A stretch of 63,941 nt of DNA, the filler included, from Octopus bimaculoides (Eukaryota): NCBI RefSeq assembly GCF_001194135.2. It is 10 parts of 8 records of this genome, joined end to end, with 100 filler letters (N's around TTAATTAATTAA, not from the genome) between each part and the next. Parts side by side here need not be neighbours in the genome. Positions count along the whole stretch, not along the records: positions 1 to 10,956 come from NC_068986.1; positions 11,057 to 20,097 come from NC_068986.1; 8 more parts are not named here. One strand, given 5' to 3'. Below, one piece after another: positions 1 to 12,739 of the stretch. The notes under the pieces were generated by a model. It worked only from the letters and a program-made list of their open reading frames with translations, made no database searches and was not told the origin of the DNA. Every line of letters begins with the position of its first letter. The first letter of the stretch is position 1. The position numbers and the translations under genes are program-made.

Positions 1-318
1 TACATATACATACATATATACATATATATACATATACATATATATATGCATATATATATACATATATATACTAAATTATGCACACATATACATACACACA
101 CACACAAGCGTACACACATATGCACATAAGAACATTTGAAACAAAATCACAAAGTGAATACTACAAATATAAATATAACAAAATTGTAAGATAATATAAA
201 TTTTTTTTATACATAACTCTGACATATTTAAGAGATTTGTGAATCACGCTTGTATGTATGTATATATCTCCGTATATACACATACATATATATATATGTC
301 TATGTATGTACATTCACG

Positions 319-366
<48 letters not shown>

Positions 367-757
367 CATCCATACACATATATCTATCCAACTATACACA
401 CACACAAACACGCACACAAAAATGTGAATTGCTTGTATATTTCTTTTCCATTCAGAAACTCCAAGACGAACACACAGTAAAACATATAAACATATATTAT
501 TAATCGCCACCTTACAGCGGAAGATTTTATTCAATTTATTTTCAGAATTAATGATGACATATCCCTCAAACTACACTCGTCTATCTGCCAAGAGAGATGG
601 AGAAAGAAAGAAAATTGAAATAGATTAGTTGTAGAAGCTGTCTCACTTTCTTTCATTCAATCATTTATTCTTCATTTTATGCGTTCTTTTTTCTTTCTTT
701 CTCTCTTTCTTCGTCTGAAATAATCGAATGCAAAAAGATGGAGAATGAGAGGAACAC

Positions 758-836
<79 letters not shown>

Positions 837-1567
837 GGAGAGAGAGAGAGAGGAAGAGAGAGAGAGAGAGAGAAATACAGAGGGAGGGAACTGATGCCGG
901 TGGTACATTTGAGTTAACGTCAATATCTCTGCCTTTCTTTCTTCTTCAAACTTACTTTAACCATCCTACATTTTTTTTTGTCTCTATATTGTCAATTTAT
1001 CATAGGCTTCGATATGGAACTTCGTGTAATGCCTTGTATAAAATCGTATAAATGCAGAGCCAAGCTACAACGTGGTAACAAATGCCATATATAGTTTATA
1101 TATAATTTCATTACACACGTTTCAATAACCGTTTGTAGAACGTATTCATCAGATGAAAGATATCAAAATATAAAACCGAATGAAAATACCCCAATATNNN
1201 NNNNNNNATATATATATCAAAGAACCATGCAGTAAAAAAGCAGAAATAATTACAGACACAAGCGGTTATAAGACAGTAGTCAAGGAGAGACCGCGAAACA
1301 TATGTATATAAATACGTAAATAAAATTATATACAGAGAAAAATAAAATACAAATAAAAAATAATAAATACATAACCAAACAAAATATAAAATTTAAAAAA
1401 AAAGACTGAAATAGAAACTTATAAATAGAATGCAGAAGTGAAGGTGCTACAATGGGATAAGGAAATGAGAGTAAAGGAAAACGAGTGACAAAGGAAATGA
1501 GAGTAGAGTGAAAACGAGTGACAAAGGAAAAAGACGGGGAAGAAGAGAAAAAACTAGGGTACATATA

Positions 1568-2840
1568 TTCTTTTCTGTTCAAGGCACAAGGCCCGAAATT
1601 TTGGAGGCGGGGAGGGGGCAGTCGATTAGATCGACCCAGTCAGTACACAACTGGTATTCTTAATTTATCGACCCTGAAAGGATGAAAGGTAAAGTCGACC
1701 TCGGCGGAATTTGAACTCAGAACGTGAAGACAGACGAAATACCGCTAAGCATTTCACCCGGCGTGCTAACGTTTCTTATTTCTTTATTGCCTACAAGGAG
1801 CTAAATATAGAGGGGACAAACAAGGACAGACAAAGGGATTAAGTCGATTACATCGACCCCAGTGCGTAACTGGTACTTAACTTATCGACTCCGAAAGGAT
1901 GAAAGGCAAAGTCGACCTCGGTGGAATTTGAACTCAGAACGTAACGGCAGACGAAATACCGCTAAGCATTTCGCCCGGCGCGCTAACTCTAGGGTACATA
2001 TATTGAGCAGCGAAGGACCGAGTGACACGAACTTGTCATCAGGGAATTTCAGATGCAAATGACAGTATGATATATTTAAAGGCCTGTAGTGATAAACGGT
2101 ACCACAACGGAATTCTGTGTACAAATACGCCAGAAAATATTGAGACAAACTTCAAAGATTCACTAATTTTATTAATCTTAAAATCAAAACATTATTATGC
2201 AGAGAAGAAAAATCTTATGATGAAATTAAAAGTTCTTTCTACTTTGTGGTATAAGGTCTGAAAAATTTTAGGGGTGTGGTTTAATCGATTGCATCGACTC
2301 CAGCCTCAACTGGCTCGTATTTTAGCAACCCGGAAAGGATGAATAGACAAGTCGACCAGGGCGGAATTTCGACCTCAGAAAGTCAAGACGGACTAAATGC
2401 TTCCAAGCATTCTGTCCGGCATACCAACGATTCTGCTAGCTCACCACCTTTGCAGTGACATTAATAATTCTTTCTACTATCGGTACAAGGACTGAAATTT
2501 GGAGGAAAGGGATTAAGTCGATTACATCGACCCTAGTGTTCAACTGGTACTTATTTTATCGTCTCCGAAAGGCTGAAAGGTAAAGTCGACCTTGGTGGAA
2601 TTCAAACTCAGAATGGAATGAGCTGGAAGAAATGCTGAACATTTCGCCCAACGCGGTAACAATTCTACTAGCTCGTCACCTTAATGTCATATAAACATAG
2701 CGGTTTCAAATTTTGGCAAAAGTCCAGTAATTTTATAGGGAAGGGGTTAGTCGATTACGTTGATCCTAGTGTTCAACTGATATTTATTTTATCAGCCTCC
2801 CGATTTTATAGCCTTAACGATTCTGCCTGCTCACCGCCTT
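1568..2840 (-). mobile_element. Five head-to-tail copies of tRNA-derived SINE family A (Nin/Deu-like central domain)
   Basis: Repeated block ACTGGTACTT..TTTATCGAC.C.GAAAGGATGAAAGG.AAAGTCGACC...GAATTTGAACTCAG at about 1568-1775, 1776-1989, 2222-2450, 2467-2683 and 2697-2840 (last copy internally deleted). Confidence 0.85.
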
Positions 2841-2962
2841 ATTAATATACTAACATAATAATAACAATTCTTTGTACATAAAACAAAAAGCCCAATAAAG
2901 CAATGATAAAAACAATTATAATTATATTAGTACTATTATAATTATAATATACACAATAATGA

Positions 2963-3178
2963 AGGTGGTGAGTTTGCAGAATCGTTACCGTGCCACGCAA
3001 AATGCTTAGTGACATTTCGTCCGTCTATACGTTCTGAGTTCAAATTCCACCGCGGTCGACTTTGCCTTTCATCTTCCGGGGTCGATAAAATACGAACCAA
3101 CGGAACACGGGGGTCGATGTAATCGACTTATTTATTTCCTACCCTGAAACTGTTGGCCTTTTGCCAAAATTTGAAACC
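2963..3178 (+). mobile_element. SINE family A, inverted relative to the preceding cluster
   Basis: GGTGGTGAGTTTGCAGAATCGTTA...GAGTTCAAATTCCACCGCGGTCGACTTTGCCTTTCATCTTCCGGGGTCGATAAA is the reverse complement of the upstream copies. Confidence 0.85.
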
Positions 3179-5226
3179 AATATACACAATAAGGCTGATT
3201 AACTATCTCTAACAGATTACGCAGTGATATGAGCTTTGAGACATGGTTATATGATGAATAATTTGCATATGTCAGTATTACTTAGTGTACATGCATGATT
3301 CGATACGAAGCATTCGTTGCAAGATTCAAACAGCTAGAATGTAAAAAGGAAGAGCAAAAGTATAGGAGGCACAAATTATGGAAGCTTATAAATCCCATAT
3401 TTATATATTAGGCGTAGATAGATTACATATAGCAATATATGTTTAACTTATTATTAGTAAATAAACAATTATTAATTCTGCGAAATGTTGTTACAGAATA
3501 ACCATTTAGTTAGACCACTCCAATTAAACTTATTCGTTTCGCTTATTAAAGTGGTACTGATTTTCAAACTCACGTAAACACAATCAACATGCTTGACCTA
3601 TTCCATGGTAAGAGACGGCAGAATCAATAACCAATGTATTTCAACTTAACATCCTTTGATTTTTAAGTTAGAATATATTCCGCTAGAAGACGTAGAATAC
3701 CCGAGTTTAATTAAGTTTCTTATTGATTGTGTATAGAAATACGCATCTTAATAAAACGTTTAGTCGAACCAATGCAATATCTAAAACTATTATGCGTTGC
3801 AACAGAGTTTTCATATATTCCAGTATTTCATACCTGTAAGTAGTAGGGATGGATGTATTGCTAGTCTACGATCTCAGAGCTGTTCCTATAACTAGTTCCT
3901 ACGGATTTAAATATCTAAGCTCGAGTAGGAAAATTACAGGAATCATATTTTAAATTCAAAATATCAACTTCCTCATTACGCTTTCCCATAACCTTTAATA
4001 TAAATTTTGTGCTAATATTTTGACTATTTAATTTCGATCTAAGGCCGCTACAGTAGCCGGTAAATTCGCAGTAGTAGAATCAGTTTTATATTTCATTATT
4101 ATTCATCTGATGTATATGATCTGTAAAAGATTATTGAAACTTGTTATATGTATGTCTATCGACCATATGTAGCATAAGTTACAACTTAAGAAAATAGCTC
4201 GTAGTATGATTGGAAGTATTAGAAATTTCATACAGATATATACATAGAATAACATGATTTCTAAATTAGCGTTGATATTATTTCTAATTTCACAGCTACA
4301 CTGCAAATATACTTAGTTTATGAACATACATTAGATAGATACAATGATTCAGTCAAGAGCGTCTATAGATATCACATCTACGCACACCTATGATCAATAC
4401 TTAGACGAGTAACTAAATTAGTTTCTGTATATGAACACAAACTCAGTCTTAGTAGCAATGGGCTACACTCACAAGTAATGCAGGTTCACATTTTATATCC
4501 ATTTATATACGCATGTGTGTACATATGCATATGTTACATATGCATACATGCATGAGTACACGTGTATGTGCGTATATATATACATATATATGAATGTATA
4601 TATGCATGTGAATATACATGCGTCTATATATTATATTCGTGCATATATACATGTATATGCGTATGTATATAAAAATGTAATTTTAAACTGATAAATCTAA
4701 ATTTATTGATATTACATACTCATACACTTATATTTCTCTCTCTCTCTCTCACGTGAGCTATATATATGTATACACACACACACAAAGGCACATACGGACT
4801 ACACCCCACCCCCCACACTAATGTAGATATGTTTCAAGCTAGCGAACCTAAGTTTTATTAATCATATTTATATTATCTTCCACGTGTTCAGAGCAAAGCC
4901 GGAAGTGGAATGTTATATACAGAACCATTAAAGCGATATTCTTTTTAAATTAACGCTGCAGATTTGTAAAGTAAGACGAGAATTGTACATACAATATTTA
5001 TATTCTTACATTTAAGATTTCAAACTCGATATATTTCAACGTTGATGTGAATTAGAACTATATCATAGATAAAGAGAAGTTTGTAGAAATACGATGATAG
5101 TCATACTGTTTTTAGACCGTTTTATTATATTGCTTTAGTTTACTCTTTAATCCATAAAAGATGATACTTTTATTTGCTTAGAGAACAACAAAAGGTAAGA
5201 GATAAAAACATATATTGTAAACAAAC

Positions 5227-5426
5227 CTGATTTAGAAACGTTTGGCTCAGGTTGTGTCGAGATTCTCGCGGGCTGCATACAATATATCGTGTCTGTGTCA
5301 TGTACAATGAGTTTTTTATGACAGAACTTATTCTCAATTCCATAATATCTTGGGACGTTGTGTTGATAGTATATTTTACCAGATATTTCCCTGCATATAA
5401 CATCTGGTTCGCTAAGTCTTGACATT
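5227..5426 (-). CDS. Internal coding exon (phase 1 to 0) of iGluR-family amino-terminal domain gene
   Basis: Acceptor ttttgtcttctacttttaaacag, donor CAG|gtttgt. 200 nt, open: (E)CQDLANQMLYAGKYLVKYTINTTSQDIMELRISSVIKNSLYMTQTRYIVCSPRESRHNLSQTFLNQ. Joins the upstream exon in phase and resembles the ATD segment ending RxIxDC...ILKQ. Confidence 0.75.
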
Positions 5427-6301
5427 CTGTTTAAAAGTAGAAGACAAAATAATTGATTTTAATATTGATTTTAAGGATACTAAATTTCTACAATTTTCAC
5501 ATTAATAAATTTAATATATCTCAGTATGTTGTGAACCATCACCCTCGTCGCCGCCGCCACCACCACCACCACCACAACCACCGCCGCTTACAATGCCACA
5601 ACTCACAAAAAAACCCACAAAAACATCAATTCCATCAACAAACACCACCACCACCAAGAACAATAGCAATACTTATCACTCGCTATAAATTTTAGCATCA
5701 CCAATATCTTTACACTTAACATCACCAACGGGGTAATATATCGACCTTTCAGCTTTGTTTTCAGAGTAAGTTATTAGCCTTTTTCTATGGTAGCGTAGCA
5801 GAAAAAGTCTTAAAGATGGAGCGCATGAGTGGAAACGGATATCTAGGTTAGTCGTCTGTATTTCTCAAATCGACTCTTTTACACAGTAACAATATTTTCG
5901 ATAATTTTGTCAGAAGTCATATGACGTACCAAATACAATTACTTTTATGTTATCTGCCCAGCTGTACTCACTTGAGTGTGTTAGCATTAGTTTCCAGATA
6001 CTCTCTTAATCCATTTACTCTCATCACTTTTGTTTTGTTTTACTAGCATGAAAAAAAATCATCCCTGGCTAAGAAAATGGCAGTTTAATTGATATCAGAA
6101 GATAATGATTGAACTATATCCTGCTAAGCTTCAGAAAAGGGGTAAACATATTTCGAGATCGAGAAAAACTTCCTGATTTCGAAACTGACAATTGCTGGTC
6201 TATCGTGCATTGAAAATGAAAAGAAGGAAAAGCTAGTTTAGCGAGATTTTAACTAAGAAAGAGAATCTAAGAAAGAATTGTGATAAAAATAGATTCCTTA
6301 C

Positions 6302-6583
6302 CATAATTATCTTCCTTATTAGCCGGCATTATCATTACACCACCATCCCATTTCTTAAGAGCAAATAAATCGACAACAGCTTTATTCTGCTCTCGGGCGG
6401 GAGGTCGAATGTATATGGTGTTCTTCCAGCGTATGTTATCTTGTGTTCGACTGCGATCAGCCCAGTGGTTTCCTTTTTCGTCTGTCACTATATATGGCAT
6501 ATTTACTTCGTCTAGTATCATAGCAAGATTGGCATAGTATGGTCCGATTATTAAGAGAGGTGTTTCAAATTCATCAGTTCCAA
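6302..6583 (-). CDS. Internal coding exon (phase 1 to 1) of iGluR-family amino-terminal (LIVBP-like) domain gene
   Basis: Acceptor ctccttttgtgtag, donor TATG|gtaagg. 282 nt, open: GTDEFETPLLIIGPYYANLAMILDEVNMPYIVTDEKGNHWADRSRTQDNIRWKNTIYIRPPAREQNKAVVDLFALKKWDGGVMIMPANKEDNY. Matches the ATD pattern IxGP...xPxI...(Y/R)P...A(V/I)xDL....W..xxI. Confidence 0.8.
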
Positions 6584-6770
6584 CTACACAAAAGGAGACA
6601 ATAGCAATTTGTATCTAGATTGTGAGACAGTTATAACAAACATAAAACATGCAATAAACATAGAAATGTTTAAAGAACAGTATATAATTTCAAAATTAAT
6701 ATGCTAAAAGTTCTTGATTTGTATTGGTTTTGCTGACGCTTAAAAAAATGTTAAAAATATTTAAACTTAC

Positions 6771-6941
6771 TTTCTCTTAGCAGAGCTAGTCTAATTCCTC
6801 TCCATCCATTTTCTGGCATTCTTAAATATTCCTCATCCATTACTTTATTGTATGTGGGTCTAATGCGACAATTCTTTAACGTATTATTATGAATAAGATA
6901 AACTTGGAAAGTGCTCATCCACTGGCCGACCGATATCAGAC
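6771..6941 (-). CDS. Internal coding exon (phase 1 to 1) of the same gene, start of ATD
   Basis: Acceptor ttttataattatag, donor GAAA|gtaagt. 171 nt, open: LISVGQWMSTFQVYLIHNNTLKNCRIRPTYNKVMDEEYLRMPENGWRGIRLALLRE. In phase with the next exon; too short for the ORF track. Confidence 0.7.
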
Positions 6942-7265
6942 CTATAATTATAAAATTAGCAATGGTTAAATGTTTATCGTGACTGCAATGAATCAGTCGT
7001 AATATTTATACTGAAATTGTGTGTTAGTAGAATTTAATAAAATTTCGGAAAACCAAACTGAAGACCATGCTTCAATTCAGTAGTTATGCGACATATTTTC
7101 TTTTATCATTTGTTAAAGAGTCTCAAAGTTCGTTTGGTGGCAACAATATATTTTTTTTGTAACAGATTCAAATAATTACAGACACATGTAATCATTCCCT
7201 AAATATGGAGTGCATATAGATGTCTATAAATTCTTTTCACAGATATCTACATAAAGCTTATTTCG

Positions 7266-7334
<69 letters not shown>

Positions 7335-7336
<2 letters not shown>

Positions 7337-7495
7337 GACGGGCTTCTTTCAGTTTCCCTCTACCGAATCCATTTACAAGCTTTGGTCGGCCCGAAGCTAT
7401 AGTAGAAGACACTGGCCCAAGGTGCCACGCAGTGGGACTGAACCCAGAACCATGTGGTTGAGAAGCAAGCTTCTTACTACACACCCACTGTTGCA
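7335..7495 (-). mobile_element. tRNA-derived SINE family B
   Basis: CGACGGGCTTCTTTCAGTTTCC..CTACC.AATCCA...GCTATAGTAGAAGACAC..GCCCAAGGTGCCACGCAGTGGGACTGAACCC next to a (TA)n tail; recurs many times in the window. Confidence 0.85.
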
Positions 7496-9438
7496 CCTAT
7501 ACATACATACATAATACATACATACATACATACATAATACATACATACATATATATATATAAAACCGGAAAAGCCACCAGTAGTTTCATGCTACTATGAC
7601 ACTTGAACAAGCATACTTATAAAATATGCCAGGTAACTTAAAGCAATCTTTATATTTCAACAGAATACTTTGAAAAAAAATTATTCACTTTTTTTCTCAC
7701 ACTACATATCATATGATCTAATTGGGTATTCAAAAGTCTACGGTAATGGGGACATGTGATAACAACTAGACTATGTCCTATCTCGACAGGGTATCTTCTC
7801 ATAGTGCATAAACTTTACTGTAATTCGAATATCCTTTCATTCCCTTCAAACTATTTATACCCATATCATGTTCTTTATATCAGGAATAAACACGTTATAA
7901 ACATTGTTTCGAATTTCTATGACTGCGATTTGATAAACACCAAATGATATTAATTATACTTTTCTCCATACAACATACAATATAATCCCCGGCAGGTGGA
8001 ACTCTCCACCTCTGTAAGTCGAGTCACCTAGGTGAAGGCCACTCCAATGTAAAACTTACAGCTTGCTGGTCACCACAGCCATCTTAACCCGCTGATACAT
8101 TATGGTTAGATAGTTACGTCTAAGGAATCGGATAGGATTATGAGAAGTGACATACTTTCAAAATACTAAGCACAGGTAAGAAGAAAAGCCATGCAATGTT
8201 AAGGAACAGTTTACTTAGATTTTCGGACACAAAGAAGCTGCCATTAGCATCTCTTATGCAACGTAATGTATTTTGAGTATGTAAGACAGTTTTGTTGTTA
8301 CTACTTGTATTAGAAGCATAAGAGGAAGTTATCAAGAAGTAGACTGGCCTGATCTCAGGATTTGCTAGGTTTGCAGAACGTGACTCTTTTCACGTGTTCT
8401 CATTAAAGTAAAATGGAACTAAATCAACTCTCATTAAAATCTTGTAAATGAATCGTAGAAAAATCATATCAGCCATTTGAAAAGACTTCTAATGACCAAG
8501 TTTGTACTAGCCATATTTCACTTTTATACTTTGTGTCATTAAGAAACACAGAAAAGTGAATGTAACAGATACTGTTTATTTTTAGATGGCTAATATTTTC
8601 TTCCATTTTCTTTAGTTTAAATCCATTTTCTTTAGTTTCTTTAGTTTGATCGGCGATCAAGTCACTTACCGAATGATTACAACTTTGAAAGCTTGTTGCC
8701 ATTTTTACATATATTGCAAATGTTTCTTCAAAATGATGTATTCACTGATAGTAATAGTAACTACAAATATTAAAAGATCATTTCTCTCTCTCTCTTTCTC
8801 TCTCTCTCTCTTTCTCTTTCTTTCTTTCTCTCTCTCTCTTTTTCTCTTTCTTTCTTTCTCTCTCTCTCTCTTTCTCTTTCTTTCTTTCTTTCTTTCTCTC
8901 TCTCTCTCTCTGATTATCACTCCCTCAAATGCCTATCCACGCAACTCATACGCACATATATAAACATATGCTCACTCATATACGTATATATATATATATA
9001 TATATATATGAAACAAACTGAAATTAATGTTCATTTCATATTTTTATTTTATTGGGGTAAATTTGTCTTACCGCTATTTCCCGTAGTCATTATAGGTACA
9101 TTACTGATAGGTTTACTCAATTGGGCTATTGATCAATTGAGGAAAATTGAACGACTTAAGAAAATTAATGCTACTTTCGTCAGAGCCATCTCTGGTTATA
9201 ACAAGCAGAGCACTGGAGGAATGATTATTGTGTAGAGAAGGTGGGAGGAGAAGATGGAAAATTTCAAGTAGAATAGAATAGTGGAAGACAGGTTACAAAG
9301 GGGTGGAAGTAGGTAAGCGGATGGTATAGGAGTCACTTACTAGAAGTAGGGGCATTGTATTGCCAACTTTGGAAGAGGGACAGCGTAAAACATTAATGTT
9401 GTGGTCAAGTCAACACCCATTAACATATCAGCATTGTA

Positions 9439-10350
9439 TCAGGTCATCCCATAAGTTCTGTCCAAATTTTGAATAAAGAAAACGAGTGATCAAATGTTAT
9501 ATTTCATTGAAATTTAATCCTCAATGTACTTTTCCTGATTATATATGACTTCCTTCCATCTATTTACAAGCTTTTTAATCCCATCAATATAAAACTCTTT
9601 TGGTTTCAAAGCGAAGAACTCTGAAATGTCAGTTTCGACTTCCTCCTGGCTTGCGAAAGTTATGTCCCCCAAATGATTCCATAAACTACGAAACAAATGG
9701 TATTCTGAAGGAGCAAGGTCGGGAGAATAGGGTGGATGAGGAATGTTTCCCAACCAAGCTCTTCGATCTTCTGTGATGTGATGTGGGGTCGCGCATTGTC
9801 CTGATGAAACATCACTCGTTTTCGATTCGTTAAAGCGGGTCTTTTTTTCTTCAAAGCTTGGTTCAAACGCTCTAATTGCTGGCAGTAGACTTGAGCATTG
9901 ATTGTTGCATTAGGTGATAACAATTCAAAGTGAATTACTCCTTTGCAATCCCACCAGATAGAGAGAAGAACCTTTTCCCCATGAAGTTCCCTTCTCGGTT
10001 GTGGTTGAGCTTTTTCCCTTTTACCAAGTCACTGTTTACTACGTTTAACATTTCGATATAAGATCCATTTTTCGTCACCAGTCACAAGTCTATCCAAAAA
10101 GCGTGAAATGAGTTCGCGAGAATGGCGAGAAGAGCAGATTTCAACTCGGGATTTGAGGTTGCTTTCGGACAATTCATGAGGCACTCATTTTCCAAGTTTA
10201 GGAACCTTTCCAAGTTGTTGAAGATGACGATGGACAGTTGTTTGGTTTGAACTAAGCTTTATTGCCAATTCTTCAACTGATAATGCAGGATTCTCTTCAA
10301 GTAATGCCTCAAGGAGCTTATCATTAAACTCAACTGGACGTCCTGTTCGA
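9439..10350 (-). mobile_element. mariner transposon, 5'-truncated and decayed, one TIR
   Basis: GRPVEFNDKLLEALLEENP, G(K)*VPHEL, VTGDEKW, FHQDNARPH and PHPPYSPDLAPSEYHLFRSL motifs; terminus TA|TCAGGTCATCCCATAAGTTCTGTCC at 9437-9439. Confidence 0.9.
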
Positions 10351-10515
10351 TCTTAATTTCCTGTGGAGCAGTGAACCGTGTAAGTTTCATATTCAGTTTT
10401 GGACGCTGGTAGCATAAGGCTTGGAATTTTTCAGCATTAAACTGCATATTATTATCATCAGCCCATCTGTAAATTGAGTCCAACTCCTGCTGCAGAATAC
10501 GACTGAACAGCAAAA
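10351..10515 (-). mobile_element. CR1/L2-like LINE reverse transcriptase fragment
   Basis: LQQELDSIYRWADDNNMQFNAEKFQAL is the typical CR1-group RT C-terminal motif. Confidence 0.7.
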
Positions 10516-10559
10516 GGAATGCCGAAAGTCACTCGCACTAATCCACAGGGCGGGCAAGG

Positions 10560-10878
10560 CTTTGTAAGCCTAGTACTCATTCTATAGGTCTCTTATGCCG
10601 AACCGCTAATTTACGGGGACATAAACACACCAGCATCGATTGTCAGGCAATGCTAGGGGAACAAACACAGACACACGAACACGCACAAACACAGACACAC
10701 ACACATATATATATAGATACATATATACAACGGGTTTCTTTCAGTTTCCGTCTACCAAATCTACTCACAAGGATTAGGTCGGCGCGAGGCTATAGTAGAA
10801 GACTCTTACCTAAGATGCCACGCAGGGGGACTGAACCCGGAACCATGTGGTTGGTAAGAAAGCTACTTACCACACAGC

Positions 10879-10881
<3 letters not shown>
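10560..10881 (-). mobile_element. SINE family B with extended 3' region
   Basis: Family B core at 10730-10881 plus tail GCCGAACCGCTAA.TTACGGGGAC.TAAACACACCAGCATCG. Confidence 0.8.
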
Positions 10882-10909
<28 letters not shown>

Positions 10910-11000
10910 TTATACATATATTTATATACATATATAAATATATATATATATATATANNNNNNNNNNNNNNNNNNNNNNNNNNNNNNNNNNNNNNNNNNNN

Positions 11001-11012
11001 TTAATTAATTAA
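11001..11012. other. Assembly gap marker TTAATTAATTAA (recurs inside several other N runs)
   Basis: Same 12-mer flanked by N runs at about 11001, 20142, 23173, 30388, 42591, 44363, 55301, 57675 and 62779. Confidence 0.95.
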
Positions 11013-11148
11013 NNNNNNNNNNNNNNNNNNNNNNNNNNNNNNNNNNNNNNNNNNNNATATATATACATATATATATATATATATAAATATATACATGCAT
11101 ATATATATATATTTAAATAAGGTTGAAAAATCGAATATTATATGTATG

Positions 11149-11193
<45 letters not shown>

Positions 11194-11634
11194 AGCAGAG
11201 AGGTAGAAAGAGAGGTAGGTAGTGTGAAAGAGATAGATATATTTACAACTGAAAAGAACCATCAACGCATTTTGTAGAATTTGTATCGTGTTTACATGGA
11301 CAGTTTGACTGAGAATCGCATAAATGAAAGTTTCATACACACACACATGCACATACACACACTCATATCCACACACACACACACGCATGCACATACGCAC
11401 ACACGCACAAACACATTTGTGCGATGGACTTTATATATACATATATGTATATACAAACACACACACTCACACACATGTATATATAAATACGTATATACGC
11501 ATGTATGTATGTATACATAGATGTGAATATATGTATATATATAAATGTTTAAGCACACATATATTTCAATAAATATATGAATAAATATATACATATATAT
11601 GCTTATATATATACATACATATATATACGTGTAT

Positions 11635-11673
<39 letters not shown>

Positions 11674-12059
11674 CGTGTACGCACTCACTTATATTCTTCT
11701 ATGGACTTAATCCGTTCGCTTCCTGCATAGTTTGTTACATAATCATTGTCGATTACATTTCTTTAACGTTTATCTCTTCCTCCATTTTAAAATTATTATC
11801 TCTTTCATTTCACACTTTCATCAACACGTCCTCTCGTACTTTCTTTAGATTCAACAACCATTCTCTCTCTTCTTTTTTGCTTTTTCTTTCTGATTTTCTT
11901 CGTCTTTCTTTCTTGTCTTCTTTCTTCCCGGCATTTATTCATTGGTTTATTTTTGTATTTATTTATTCATTTATGTATATATTTTTCTTCTATGCCTATA
12001 CATTGTTTCTTTCGTGACTTCGCCTTATTTTTGAGAGTTTCTAAAATCTGTCGAGAATT

Positions 12060-12112
<53 letters not shown>

Positions 12113-12437
12113 NNNNNNNNNNNNNNNNNNNNNNNNNNNNNNNNNNNNNNNNNNNNNNNNNNNNNNNNNNNNNNNNNNNNNNNNNNNNNNNNNNNNNNNN
12201 NNNNNNNNNNNNNNNNNNNNNNNNNNNNNNNNNNNNNNNNNNNNNNNNNNNNNNNNNNNNNNNNNNNNNNNNNNNNNNNNNNNNNNNNNNNNNNNNNNNN
12301 NNNNNNNNNNNNNNNNNNNNNNNNNNNNNNNNNNNNNNNNNNNNNNNNNNNNNNNNNNNNNNNNNNNNNNNNNNNNNNNNNNNNNNNNNNNNNNNNNNNN
12401 NNNNNNNNNNNNNNNNNNNNNNNNNNNNTATATATGG

Positions 12438-12473
<36 letters not shown>

Positions 12474-12739
12474 ATACACATATATTACACATTACGTGCG
12501 CATACATACATATATGATAGAAAGAGAGAGAGAGGAAAAGAGAGAGATAAGGAAGCGTTGGGCTATAATAGAAGCAAAGTGTAGATGAGGTGGAGTTGGG
12601 GAAGCTAAGGATATCTCAAAAGAATAAAACACATACAAAAAATTAAGAAAACAATAACAAAATATCTTAAAACAAGTCTAAAAGTCTCTAAACCTTAGCG
12701 AGCCCTTATAACTGCCAATACATTGATACGGCGGCCATT

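Noticed and set aside
3282-3333. Possible next exon (LFESCNECFVSNHACTL), and another near 1995-2136 (FRCGTVYHYRPLNISY..)
   Set aside because: The acceptors are plausible and the phases could chain, but the donors are weak and the peptides do not resemble the expected ATD continuation.
9008-9235. 75-aa hydrophobic plus-strand ORF
   Set aside because: Starts in a (TA)n tract, lacks splice context and has no recognisable motif.
11001-11012. TTAATTAATTAA repeated at about nine sites
   Set aside because: Always embedded in N runs; a scaffolding marker, not biology.
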